A DNA stretch of 64,000 bases from Candidatus Bathyarchaeota archaeon (lineage in GTDB: Archaea > Thermoproteota > Bathyarchaeia > Bathyarchaeales > Bathycorpusculaceae), in the NCBI GenBank assembly GCA_963832745.1, contig CAWHVC010000003.1:480001-544000 (forward strand), read 5' to 3'. The notes below the pieces were generated by a model that did no database searches, was not told the origin of the DNA, and saw only the letters and a program-made list of their open reading frames with translations. Both the position numbers and the translations under genes were made by a program. Of the stretch, positions 1-8,093 are shown piece after piece (within the stretch, counting starts at the first letter, position 1; every line of letters begins with the position of its first letter).

Positions 1-606
1 GCAAAAGCCATTGCAGAACAATTTAACATTGAAACCCAAATGGTTGATATGACACTCATCGTCGACAACTTTTACAAGGCAATACCAGTCTTTGACCAAA
101 GCGACAGGGTTTGTAAAGGAAACATCAAAGCACGAACTCGAATGATTATTCTTTACTATTACGCAAACAAACTTAACAAAATCGTTTGCGGAAGCTCAGA
201 CAAGTCAGAAACCCTAATGGGATACTTTACCAAGTGGGGAGACGGCGCAGCAGACATGGCGCCCATAATGGACCTCTACAAAACCCAAGTCCGAAAACTC
301 GCAATCCACCTTGGAATACCCGAACCAATTGCCTTGAAGCCTTCAACACCTGCGCTTTGGCCTAACCAGTCCGCTGAGGGTGAACTGGGAATAAAATATG
401 ACACCTTAGACCTTATCCTGTATGGTCTTGAAAGATTTATGCCAACAGAAGAAATCGCTAGCCAAGTGGGAATTGAACAAGAGATTGTTGAAAAGGTTAA
501 AAGTCGTTGGCTGGATAACGAGCATAAACGGCGAATGCCAATAGCGCCCAAACTTGGCTTTAGAACAGTGGGAAGCGATTTTAGGCTTCCAAGACAAGAT
601 TATTAA
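1..606 (+). CDS. nadE: NAD+ synthetase, 5'-truncated by the window edge
   Basis: Frame is open from base 1. Motifs GNIKARTRM, GSSDKSE, GYFTKWGDG, DLYKTQV, PSTPALW and EHKRR. Confidence 0.95.
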   Translation, partial: AKAIAEQFNIETQMVDMTLIVDNFYKAIPVFDQSDRVCKGNIKARTRMIILYYYANKLNKIVCGSSDKSETLMGYFTKWGDGAADMAPIMDLYKTQVRKLAIHLGIPEPIALKPSTPALWPNQSAEGELGIKYDTLDLILYGLERFMPTEEIASQVGIEQEIVEKVKSRWLDNEHKRRMPIAPKLGFRTVGSDFRLPRQDY

Positions 607-621
607 AAAGGCGAAAACCGG

Positions 622-1455
622 ATGAAAGATAACATCAAGCTGGCTCTTGCCCAAATCAGCAGTAAACGAGAAGATAAACAGGCAAACCTACGGCAATACG
701 AGGAGTTAACACTCAAAGCAAAGAAGCAAAATGCAGATTTGGTTATCTTTCCTGAAATGTCCTTAACAGGCTACGTGGTCAAAGACCAAGTCTACGAGTT
801 AGCCGAAAACATACCGGGACCTTCAGTGGAAAAGGTTGAGGCGTTGGCTAAAAAGACGGGTATGCACATTATTTTTGGGATGCCGGAAGTAAGCGAAAAA
901 ACTAAAGCCACCCTTTACAACAGTTCGGTTCTTGTTGGTCCCGGTGGTTACATTGGTAAATACCATAAAATGTACTTGCCTACGCACAGTGTTTTTGAAG
1001 AGAAACGTTATTTTCGTCCTGGATATCAGCCTGCAGTGTTTGATACGGCGATTGGAAAAATTGGGTTAACCATTTGCTATGATATATTCTTTCCAGAAGT
1101 GTTTAGGCTTGCCCGTTTAGGTGGCGCTCAACTAATTGTATGCATTTCAGCTTCTCCAGCAGTGCGTAGGAGCTATTTTGAAGTTTTAACTGCTGCAAGG
1201 GCAATAGAAAACACGTCTTATCTTGCTTATGTGAATCTTTCAGGCGTAGAAGAGGGATTGCAGTTTTGGGGTGGAAGTTGCCTTGTTAGCCCAACAGGGG
1301 ACATTTTAGCTAAGGCAAAGTATGATGAACCAGATTTTGTTTGCTGTGAAGCGGATTTCCATGACCTACGGACAGCAGAAGCCTTCATTCCAACGCTTAG
1401 AGACTTAAGACCTGAACTGTTTGATAAACTAAAGAGTCAATCAGAAAATCTCTAA
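622..1455 (+). CDS. Carbon-nitrogen hydrolase (nitrilase family), possible glutaminase partner of NadE
   Basis: E-K-C triad motifs FPEM, YHKMYLP and TICYD; starts 15 bp after nadE. Confidence 0.9.
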   Translation: MKDNIKLALAQISSKREDKQANLRQYEELTLKAKKQNADLVIFPEMSLTGYVVKDQVYELAENIPGPSVEKVEALAKKTGMHIIFGMPEVSEKTKATLYNSSVLVGPGGYIGKYHKMYLPTHSVFEEKRYFRPGYQPAVFDTAIGKIGLTICYDIFFPEVFRLARLGGAQLIVCISASPAVRRSYFEVLTAARAIENTSYLAYVNLSGVEEGLQFWGGSCLVSPTGDILAKAKYDEPDFVCCEADFHDLRTAEAFIPTLRDLRPELFDKLKSQSENL

Positions 1456-1487
1456 TCAGAATAAACCAGTTTTTAGGGCTGTAACTG

Positions 1488-1624
1488 GTGATTATCACAA
1501 ATCACAGTAAGTCACAGTTGCGTCACAACCCCATCACAAGCCTGTGATATCATGCTTTTTTATGGAAAAATCACGTGATTTCAGCGTGATTTGTGTGTGA
1601 TTAGCCGTGATTAGGTGACATCAC
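1488..1624. repeat. Array of 14 RTCAC/GTGAY motifs, mostly 10-11 bp apart, arranged as two inverted halves
   Basis: TCAC at 1495, 1502, 1512, 1523, 1534, 1571, 1621. GTGA at 1488, 1544, 1575, 1586, 1597, 1607, 1615. Palindrome ATCACGTGAT at 1570-1579. Confidence 0.9.
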
Positions 1625-2018
1625 GATGTCAATTTATCATTATTCACAAGCAGAATAGTAGGGAAAAGATGTAACGATAATGAGAAAGAAAGTATGTTTT
1701 GTTCTTGAAATATAAGCGCCAAAAGAGCAAAGTTACGGTTCAAGGTTAACGGATATTTAGCATGAAGGTTTAAAAAAAGGCAAAACACCACTATAGTAAC
1801 AAAAACCAATAAGCTCAAATTAAACCTCAAAAACAAATATGGCCCAAATTTGAAGCTAAAATTTGGTAATAATCATTTAAATACCATAATAATCACTAAT
1901 AGGCTAAAATTATGCCGTTTTAGTGCTCAATTTTTAGTCTTTTTAGGGGTAACAAGCTATAAAAGCCCTGATAGTATACAAAGTTGTATCCATTAAGCAT
2001 AACGAGGAGAACATAGTT

Positions 2019-2498
2019 TTGAAGTTAAAAGACGGCGTAACCGCATGGTTAAATGGGGCATTAAATGACCCCATTGTAAAAATACTATCCAAAAACAGCC
2101 AATTAACCAAAACACAGCTTGAAACACTGCTTATTGACATTTTAGCCGAGAATATAGCAGGCAAACAGCTAAAGTACGATGAAAAAGCCAAATTACGCTT
2201 AACCAAGTCCAAAATAAGCCGCGGTTCGTTTAACAGGACTTTAGCACAGTCTAAAGAAAACGTTATAAAATCCATTTACACGGTACTACTTTTAGGTTAT
2301 TTGGGTGTTTTTGAGAGCTCAACTCTTGACCCATACCTCGAAATAGCAAACAAACTGAGAGATTATGTAGAGGCCCACCAGGACATACCTGGCAAGCAGG
2401 AAGAGCTAGAGGACCATGTAAAGTTGATAGAAATCATCAGAGAGGAGCTAGAAACGAGCCTAAAACGGCTTTCTAGTCCATCAGGAGAGCCCTTGTGA
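2019..2498 (+). CDS. Hypothetical protein with a probable helix-turn-helix
   Basis: 159-aa ORF, TTG start after GAGGAG. Segment LTKTQLETL...YDEKAKLR...ISRGSFNRTLAQ resembles an HTH. Confidence 0.7.
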   Translation: MKLKDGVTAWLNGALNDPIVKILSKNSQLTKTQLETLLIDILAENIAGKQLKYDEKAKLRLTKSKISRGSFNRTLAQSKENVIKSIYTVLLLGYLGVFESSTLDPYLEIANKLRDYVEAHQDIPGKQEELEDHVKLIEIIREELETSLKRLSSPSGEPL

Positions 2499-2786
2499 CG
2501 TCACAAATCACATAAAATAAGGATGTTTTGGGCTTCTTTTTTGAAGGCCCGCAGCATCATTTTTTATTCTCTAAATTATAGATTATTTAGGAAATAGGGC
2601 ATAATTTAGGGTTGTTTTAGAGAGGTTTGAAGCATGATAGTGTGACTTGTGATCGTGTGATTTTGTGATGTGTGATGTCATGCGGTTGGTTCCCATAGAA
2701 GTTACCGTAAGGCTTAAAAGGAATATGGGAAACTGTGATGTGTGATGCAACACATTAAATCACGGGTCAAATCACGCCTATATCAC
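2494..2786. repeat. Second RTCAC/GTGAY motif array
   Basis: Palindrome TGTGACGTCACA at 2494-2505. ATCAC at 2507, 2759, 2771, 2782. GTGAY at 2642, 2649, 2657, 2665, 2672, 2735, 2742. Confidence 0.9.
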
Positions 2787-2800
2787 ATTGAGGTGGAAAC

Positions 2801-3628
2801 TTGAGTGAAATCATAGTGCCAGCATTGATAGGTGCCTTGTTAGTAGCTACAGTTGTTGCATCTACAGGTTATTATAGACGGATACGCCAAGCTCAAAAAG
2901 AATATGAGAAAGCCAGAGATGCTGTTGAGGATATTGTACTAAGTTTTAACCGTGAACTTAAGCGTGAATCTGAAAGGCTTGAGCAGATAGCGTTTAAAGT
3001 TGAGGGAAGTCTAGCAAAATCTGATACTGGACTAAGAAGAATAGACAATATTGAGAAAAGAATTTCCCCTGTTGAGAGTCAACTTAGCAATCTTGAAGAT
3101 CAAAGAAGAAACTTTGAGAATCAACGTAGCACTATTGAAAACCAGAAAAATATCATTGAGACACAAATTAATCAACTTAGTAGTTTAACGCAAAACAACA
3201 GTAACCTGTCTTCTTCATTAGCATGTTTAGATGTAAAAATAAAAGACATTGAAGCATCTCAGGAATCTTTGAAGAACAAAATCAGCGAGTTTGAGGAGCA
3301 AATTCAAAAAATCGCACTGTTACCTCCTGAAAGCAAAATTGAGCAGGCAATACCTGTTGTGCCCATTAAGCGTGATAAAGCCCTAGCCGCATTAACCAAC
3401 ACAGAAGTTGCAGTGTTGGAAATGTTATCTTCAGAAGGGTCAAAAACAGCTCCCGAAATCAAAGAGAGAGTAGGCCTTAGTCGAGAGCATACAGCTCGGT
3501 TAATGAAAAAACTCTATGAGGAAGGTTACCTTGAACGGGAAATGGGTAAAATTCCATTCAGATATAGTGTTAAGAAGGAAATGGAAAAATTCCTAAAGAA
3601 GGAAGACCCAAGCACACCCCAAACATAA
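2801..3628 (+). CDS. Membrane-anchored coiled-coil protein with C-terminal winged HTH
   Basis: N-terminal hydrophobic helix IIVPALIGALLVATVVA followed by YYRRIR; long heptad region; C-terminal LTNTEVAVLEML...TAPEIKERVGLSREHTARLMKKLYEEGYLER. RBS GAGGTGG before TTG. Confidence 0.85.
   Translation: MSEIIVPALIGALLVATVVASTGYYRRIRQAQKEYEKARDAVEDIVLSFNRELKRESERLEQIAFKVEGSLAKSDTGLRRIDNIEKRISPVESQLSNLEDQRRNFENQRSTIENQKNIIETQINQLSSLTQNNSNLSSSLACLDVKIKDIEASQESLKNKISEFEEQIQKIALLPPESKIEQAIPVVPIKRDKALAALTNTEVAVLEMLSSEGSKTAPEIKERVGLSREHTARLMKKLYEEGYLEREMGKIPFRYSVKKEMEKFLKKEDPSTPQT
3071..3175 (+). repeat. Five degenerate 21-bp tandem units encoding heptads
   Basis: VESQLSN / LEDQRRN / FENQRST / IENQKNI / IETQINQ; each unit begins NTTGARNNNCAR. 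Confidence 0.75.
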
Positions 3629-3632
3629 TCGT

Positions 3633-3709
3633 ATCACAAAAACATTACAGGGACTTCACAAACTGTAAAATTGTGAACTAAAAAGTGTTAACAGTTCACA
3701 ACCTGTGAA
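3633..3709. repeat. TTCACA/TGTGAA inverted pairs between convergent genes
   Basis: ATCAC at 3633; TTCACA at 3655 and 3695; TGTGAA at 3672 and 3704. Confidence 0.8.
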
Positions 3710-3716
3710 GGAAAGT

Positions 3717-4157
3717 TTAGTAGTTGTTTTTAATTTGTTGCTTGATTGTTGCCTGTGGCAGATTTGGTGCAGCTTTGTACTTAAGGTTGTTTCCTGAACC
3801 TGTCCTTAAAAGTAGTCCTTTGCTTGCCATTCTTGATAGATATGTTGAGACAGTACTCAAACTGACTGGTTCCTTAAGCTCCTGCTCATAAACAGACTGT
3901 ATATCTTTTGATGCAAACCAGATTAACGGAAAACTTTTCTGGATAACCATTTGAACTTTTTCAAAACGTGTAGTCGCATTTGGAAGAGCTTGAGTTGAGC
4001 CGCCGGTTGATGGACCTTCATTTGGCATGCCACCTAGCAATTCGACAAGATCCAAGAGGCGTAGAGCTTTGTCGCGGGTTATTTGACCCTCGAACGCGAC
4101 GGTATATCGGTTTCCGTCGTTATCGAATAGCTCCACACGCATTTTACGTGCTGGCAT
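3717..4157 (-). CDS. Hypothetical protein with C-terminal winged HTH
   Basis: 146-aa ORF. WFASKDIQSVYEQELKEPVSLSTVSTYLSRMASKGLLLR is a BlaI/Fur-like wHTH pattern, preceded by a small N-terminal domain and a G/S/P linker. Confidence 0.8.
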   Translation of the reverse strand: MPARKMRVELFDNDGNRYTVAFEGQITRDKALRLLDLVELLGGMPNEGPSTGGSTQALPNATTRFEKVQMVIQKSFPLIWFASKDIQSVYEQELKEPVSLSTVSTYLSRMASKGLLLRTGSGNNLKYKAAPNLPQATIKQQIKNNY

Positions 4158-4178
4158 TCTTGCTTACCTAGGTGTCTG

Positions 4179-4480
4179 TTCACAACTTTACGACTTCACA
4201 GCTTATAGCTGTTATGGTGAACAACAGCAATGTGAAAAGCCGTAAACAAGATTTAAATTGATTTTTAGCCATGAATTTCATCGTTTTAAGAATTACAAGC
4301 TTCACATGAAAACGGAATGTGAAAAAAAAATCATTCCTTACCCTGTTTGCATTCTCCAGTAGAAGCGTAGGGGTGTGTCATTCACATCGAATAAGCATAA
4401 TTACAGATAGAAACAACCAAAATAACCCGGAAATGAAGACTTCACAATGCAACTTCACATACAGTTCACAGTTTTGTGAA
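4179..4480. repeat. TTCACA/TGTGAA array running into the origin
   Basis: TTCACA at 4179, 4195, 4301, 4381, 4441, 4454, 4465. TGTGAA at 4231, 4318, 4475. GGTGAA at 4216. Confidence 0.85.
4355..4379 (+). promoter_or_regulatory. ORB element 1
   Basis: TCCAGTAGAAGCGTAGGGGTGTGTC fits the archaeal ORB pattern TCCA-N-GAA followed by a G-string. Confidence 0.8.
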
Positions 4481-4612
4481 GTTTGAAATAGGTAAATTTC
4501 ATGCTTAAAAAACAGTTTATGGATAGCAAGGTGCATTGGAAAAACAAATTTGATGTTTATGGGAAATAGATAGAGTTTTTTATGGACTTTTTGAAATTTT
4601 AATCTGTTTATA

Positions 4613-4637
4613 GGCACACCCCTTGGTTTCCGCTCGA
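4613..4637 (-). promoter_or_regulatory. ORB element 2 (inverted)
   Basis: Reverse complement is TCGAGCGGAAACCAAGGGGTGTGCC. Confidence 0.8.
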
Positions 4638-4699
4638 GAGTTTGCTGACAGAACTTGATATCAGGAGATCAAAAATTTTGCTGAAAAATCATCTAAATT

Positions 4700-4795
4700 C
4701 TTGGATAATAATTGTTAATATACTTAAAACTAACTTAACTCCCAGAGTATATTATATAATTAATATATAATAGTAATTTTATTAATTTTTAAAGT
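4700..4795. other. AT-rich DNA unwinding element
   Basis: TATATTATATAATTAATATATAATAGTAATTTTATTAATTTTTAAA lies between the inverted ORB2 and ORB3. Confidence 0.75.
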
Positions 4796-4800
4796 TCTTG

Positions 4801-4825
4801 TCCAGTGGAAATTTTGGGGTGTGTC
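4801..4825 (+). promoter_or_regulatory. ORB element 3
   Basis: TCCAGTGGAAATTTTGGGGTGTGTC, a near-canonical ORB. Confidence 0.88.
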
Positions 4826-4922
4826 TCCTTAACCGTTTACTTGATTGGTACCTAATCTACTCATTGATTTGTAGGATTATTGTGTTCTAAAACCAGTTTT
4901 TTGTACTGTATGCTTTATCTGT

Positions 4923-4942
4923 TCCAATAGAAATAACGGTGT
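4923..4942 (+). promoter_or_regulatory. Mini-ORB just upstream of cdc6 (possible autoregulation)
   Basis: TCCAATAGAAATAACGGTGT has an ORB-like core with a weak G-string. Confidence 0.55.
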
Positions 4943-4970
4943 TACCTCTGAAACATTGAGGGGATGGCAA

Positions 4971-6215
4971 ATGGGAAATCCAAGCGTATTAGATGATGTA
5001 TTTGATAGTTTCGTAAACAGAGTAAACCTGTTTAAGGACAGAGAAGTGCTTAGACACGACTATATACCAGACAAGTTACCTCACAGAGAAGATCAAATTC
5101 GTCTTTTAGGCGAAAGAGTCGCTCCAGTCCTTAAAGACGCTAGATGTTCAAACATTTTCATATACGGAAAAACTGGCACTGGCAAAACAGCAGTAACAAA
5201 ATATGTCCTTAGCCATCTCGAAGCAAAAGCAAAACAGTATGGTGCGCAAGTAAAATTTTGCTACATAAACTGCCGCATGACAGGCTCGGAATACCGCGTT
5301 TTTGCCAGTTTAAGTCAAAGTGTCGGAATGTCCATACCCTTTACCGGTCTGTCAGTAGGCGAAGTTTTTGACCGATTCCGCGCTGGCCTTGACACTTCAA
5401 GAATACTTTTCATAATAGTACTTGACGAGGTTGATGCCCTGATTAAAGAACAAGGAGACGCCTTCATGTACGAATTAACCAGAATCAACGAAACCCTCAG
5501 CAAAAGCAAAGTCTCCATCATCGGCATCTCCAACGACTTGCGCCTTAAAGAGTTTCTTGACCCAAGAGTCTTCAGTTCACTTAGTGAGGAAGAATTAGTC
5601 TTCCGTCCCTATGATGCTGGAGAATTAAGAAACATTCTTCTTGAACGCTCAAAGCTTTCTTTCCAAGAAGGCGTCCTAACAGACTCCGCTTTAAGTATCT
5701 GCTCAGCCCTTGCGGCAGCAGAACATGGAGACGCTCGCCGAGCGTTAGACCTATTGCGTGTCGCAGGAGAAGTGGCTGAACGTCAAGGAGCAAAAACTAT
5801 AATGGAAGAGCATGTGCGTCAAGCTGAAAAACATATTGAACACAACCGTGTTGTTGAAGCCCTTAAAAACTTGACCCTACATTCAAAACTGGTATTGCTA
5901 AGTGTTTATCATCTTAACAAATCTAATGCAACAACAGGTGAAATCTATGATGTTTACAACGAGCTTTGCGGTGAATTCGGAGCTGGTCTTCTAACACAGC
6001 GGCGTTTAGGTAGTTTGGTTAATGAGTTAGATTCAATGGGTCTTGTTAACGCCAAAGTTGTAAGCATGGGACGATATGGGCGAACAAAAAAGATTCGCCT
6101 TGAAATTTCCCGCAGTTTAATCCGGGACGTTTTCGGCACCGATGCACGCTTTGGACGAATAATAGAATATACACCGCATGCTTCTCAAAAAAACACTCTT
6201 GACAACAACAGCTAA
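4971..6215 (+). CDS. cdc6: Orc1/Cdc6 replication initiator
   Basis: Walker A GKTGTGKT, Walker B IIVLDEVD, GDARRALDLLR, C-terminal GRYGRTKKI. ATG at 4971 preferred over TTG at 4956. Confidence 0.97.
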   Translation: MGNPSVLDDVFDSFVNRVNLFKDREVLRHDYIPDKLPHREDQIRLLGERVAPVLKDARCSNIFIYGKTGTGKTAVTKYVLSHLEAKAKQYGAQVKFCYINCRMTGSEYRVFASLSQSVGMSIPFTGLSVGEVFDRFRAGLDTSRILFIIVLDEVDALIKEQGDAFMYELTRINETLSKSKVSIIGISNDLRLKEFLDPRVFSSLSEEELVFRPYDAGELRNILLERSKLSFQEGVLTDSALSICSALAAAEHGDARRALDLLRVAGEVAERQGAKTIMEEHVRQAEKHIEHNRVVEALKNLTLHSKLVLLSVYHLNKSNATTGEIYDVYNELCGEFGAGLLTQRRLGSLVNELDSMGLVNAKVVSMGRYGRTKKIRLEISRSLIRDVFGTDARFGRIIEYTPHASQKNTLDNNS

Positions 6216-7858
6216 CACTCAGCTTTGAAGTCTAAGACTGTTGTTTCAAGGGTCATCAAGTTAATTACTGGTACCTTCCCAGGGGTTGGAACAAGACCAA
6301 GTTTTTCCATGTAATCTGTTTGTTCTTGCCAACCTCCAGAATTAACCACTAAGACGCCTCTATAATTGCAATAACCTAAAACATGCACATGCCCAGCATG
6401 TAAGATGTCTGGAACCTTATCAATTACTAAGTAATCACGATTTTCTGGAGAAAGCATGGTTTTTCCACCGTAAACCGGGGCTAAATGTCGACCTTGTAGA
6501 AGTAGTCTCATGGATTTTTCTGGGTGGTCATGACTCATTTCTGGAATAACTGAAATGATGTCGTCTAAGCTTCTGCCGTGATCCATAAGTACGTCGACGC
6601 CATGAATGCTTACCAGACATGGACTTCCAACAGAGTGAATATTGGGTTTGCCCTCAATTGCGGTTAGGTAGTCTGGTGGGATTGCGGGCTGTGGCAACGC
6701 TTTTCTTGAGGCATCATGGTTTCCTGGAGCCAAAACAATTTCAATATATTTGGGAATTTTTTCCAAGTATTTGATGGCAAAATTGTATTGCTTGTGCACG
6801 TCACGTATGGTTAGTTCATATTGTTGACCGGGGTAAACTCCAACGCCATCAACAATGTCTCCTGCTACAAGCAGGTATTTTACGCGGCCAGCAATTTCTT
6901 TCATTTCTGGGGTGCCATATTTGCCTTTAAGCCAAAGGATGAATTTTTTGAAGGCTTCCCGGTTAAATTTTGTGCTACCCACATGAATGTCTGAGGTAAG
7001 AACGGCGTAAACTGGTTCTTGCGCTCGCTGTGGGGCTTTGCGGCCCACGTCAGGAAAGATTATATCTTCAGCCAAAAACAAGTTTGTTCTAGTTTTGATA
7101 ACCGCTAGACAGATTACTTGGTCAGGTAGAATTTGTAGTGCTTTCTTTTTAACTTCATCTGGAGCCTTGTTTGGAACTAGCACGGTTGCGCTGCTGTCAA
7201 GGTCTTCTACAGAAAGTATTGTTTGCTGTTTGGCATCTCTTCTTTCGGTTAGCATGCAAATGATTTTCAGTTTGGTTTTAGGTTGTGATTTTAGGGCTTC
7301 GCGGATTGGTGTCGCTGCTCTAACGTCGATTCTTTGCCGCAGAATTTTTTCTAAACGCTTGTACCTATCCTGAAAAAGGGCTGTGTATTCTTGGAGGGTT
7401 CCATTTGAAGTTAGTTTGCCTGTTGCATCCTCTAAAATCTTTAGTTCTGAAGGGATGTATTTGGCATAGGGGTAAAAAGTTCCCTCATCAACTATTACTG
7501 GAAGTCTAGACGGTTGTGGCTGCTGCATCTTAACTTCCGAAACATTTGACTTTTCATCTTTAATCTCTAAAACTTGCGTTGTTGCTTGGACGGAAACTTG
7601 GACTTTACCGCTTTTAACTGCTTGAGCTGCTTGCCTTGTCTGGGTTAACTGAGTAACCATGTTTTCCAAAAAAATTTTTTCTATAAAAAACGGTTTATCT
7701 TTTAAGTTCTTCATTTCATGCAATACCATGTTCATTATCGCTAGCGGGTCAGTTCCTTCGCAGTTGTGGCATAAATAGTGAAAAGCATCAGTGCTAAGTT
7801 GGTAGCCTGCAATGATTGTTGCCTCGATGGCTTTTTGTAGTCTTTCATTTCCGCTCAT
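6212..7858 (-). CDS. polB: DNA polymerase D small subunit (DP1, proofreading exonuclease)
   Basis: Motifs SDIHVGS, AGDIVDGVGVYPGQ, PGNHD, HGRSLDD, RHLAP and HAGHVH, plus an OB-fold region. Confidence 0.96.
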   Translation of the reverse strand: MSGNERLQKAIEATIIAGYQLSTDAFHYLCHNCEGTDPLAIMNMVLHEMKNLKDKPFFIEKIFLENMVTQLTQTRQAAQAVKSGKVQVSVQATTQVLEIKDEKSNVSEVKMQQPQPSRLPVIVDEGTFYPYAKYIPSELKILEDATGKLTSNGTLQEYTALFQDRYKRLEKILRQRIDVRAATPIREALKSQPKTKLKIICMLTERRDAKQQTILSVEDLDSSATVLVPNKAPDEVKKKALQILPDQVICLAVIKTRTNLFLAEDIIFPDVGRKAPQRAQEPVYAVLTSDIHVGSTKFNREAFKKFILWLKGKYGTPEMKEIAGRVKYLLVAGDIVDGVGVYPGQQYELTIRDVHKQYNFAIKYLEKIPKYIEIVLAPGNHDASRKALPQPAIPPDYLTAIEGKPNIHSVGSPCLVSIHGVDVLMDHGRSLDDIISVIPEMSHDHPEKSMRLLLQGRHLAPVYGGKTMLSPENRDYLVIDKVPDILHAGHVHVLGYCNYRGVLVVNSGGWQEQTDYMEKLGLVPTPGKVPVINLMTLETTVLDFKAEC

Positions 7859-8093
7859 GCTTATGCTTTCTCGCCCTGAACCACATCAAATTGATGATTT
7901 TACGTTTAGCCACTTATGCGTTGGCTTATTTACTGTTATTGCTTAGATGCCTAAAACTTTAAAGATGCATTTTTAGGTGCTTTTTCAACTTGTTGTTCAG
8001 CCTGCCTGATTGATTGTTTACCAGTCGATGCTAAATTTATATAAGCTGTGAAATGTTTAGATAAGTTATAATAGATTTGCAAGGGGAACTTAA

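Larger units (their letters stand above)
4355..4942. other. Probable chromosomal replication origin (oriC)
   Basis: Intergenic region upstream of cdc6 with three ORB-like 25-mers, a mini-ORB and an AT-rich core. Confidence 0.9.

Noticed and set aside
1621-2275. Minus-strand ORFs 1621-1836 and 1943-2275
   Set aside because: Low-complexity or antisense shadow frames with no recognisable motifs.
1488-4480. TCAC arrays as a CRISPR array
   Set aside because: Units are 5-6 bp in both orientations, with no 24-47 bp repeats, no regular spacers and no cas genes.
4378-4617. 79-aa minus-strand ORF inside the origin
   Set aside because: It overlaps ORB elements and motif arrays and has no protein-like features.
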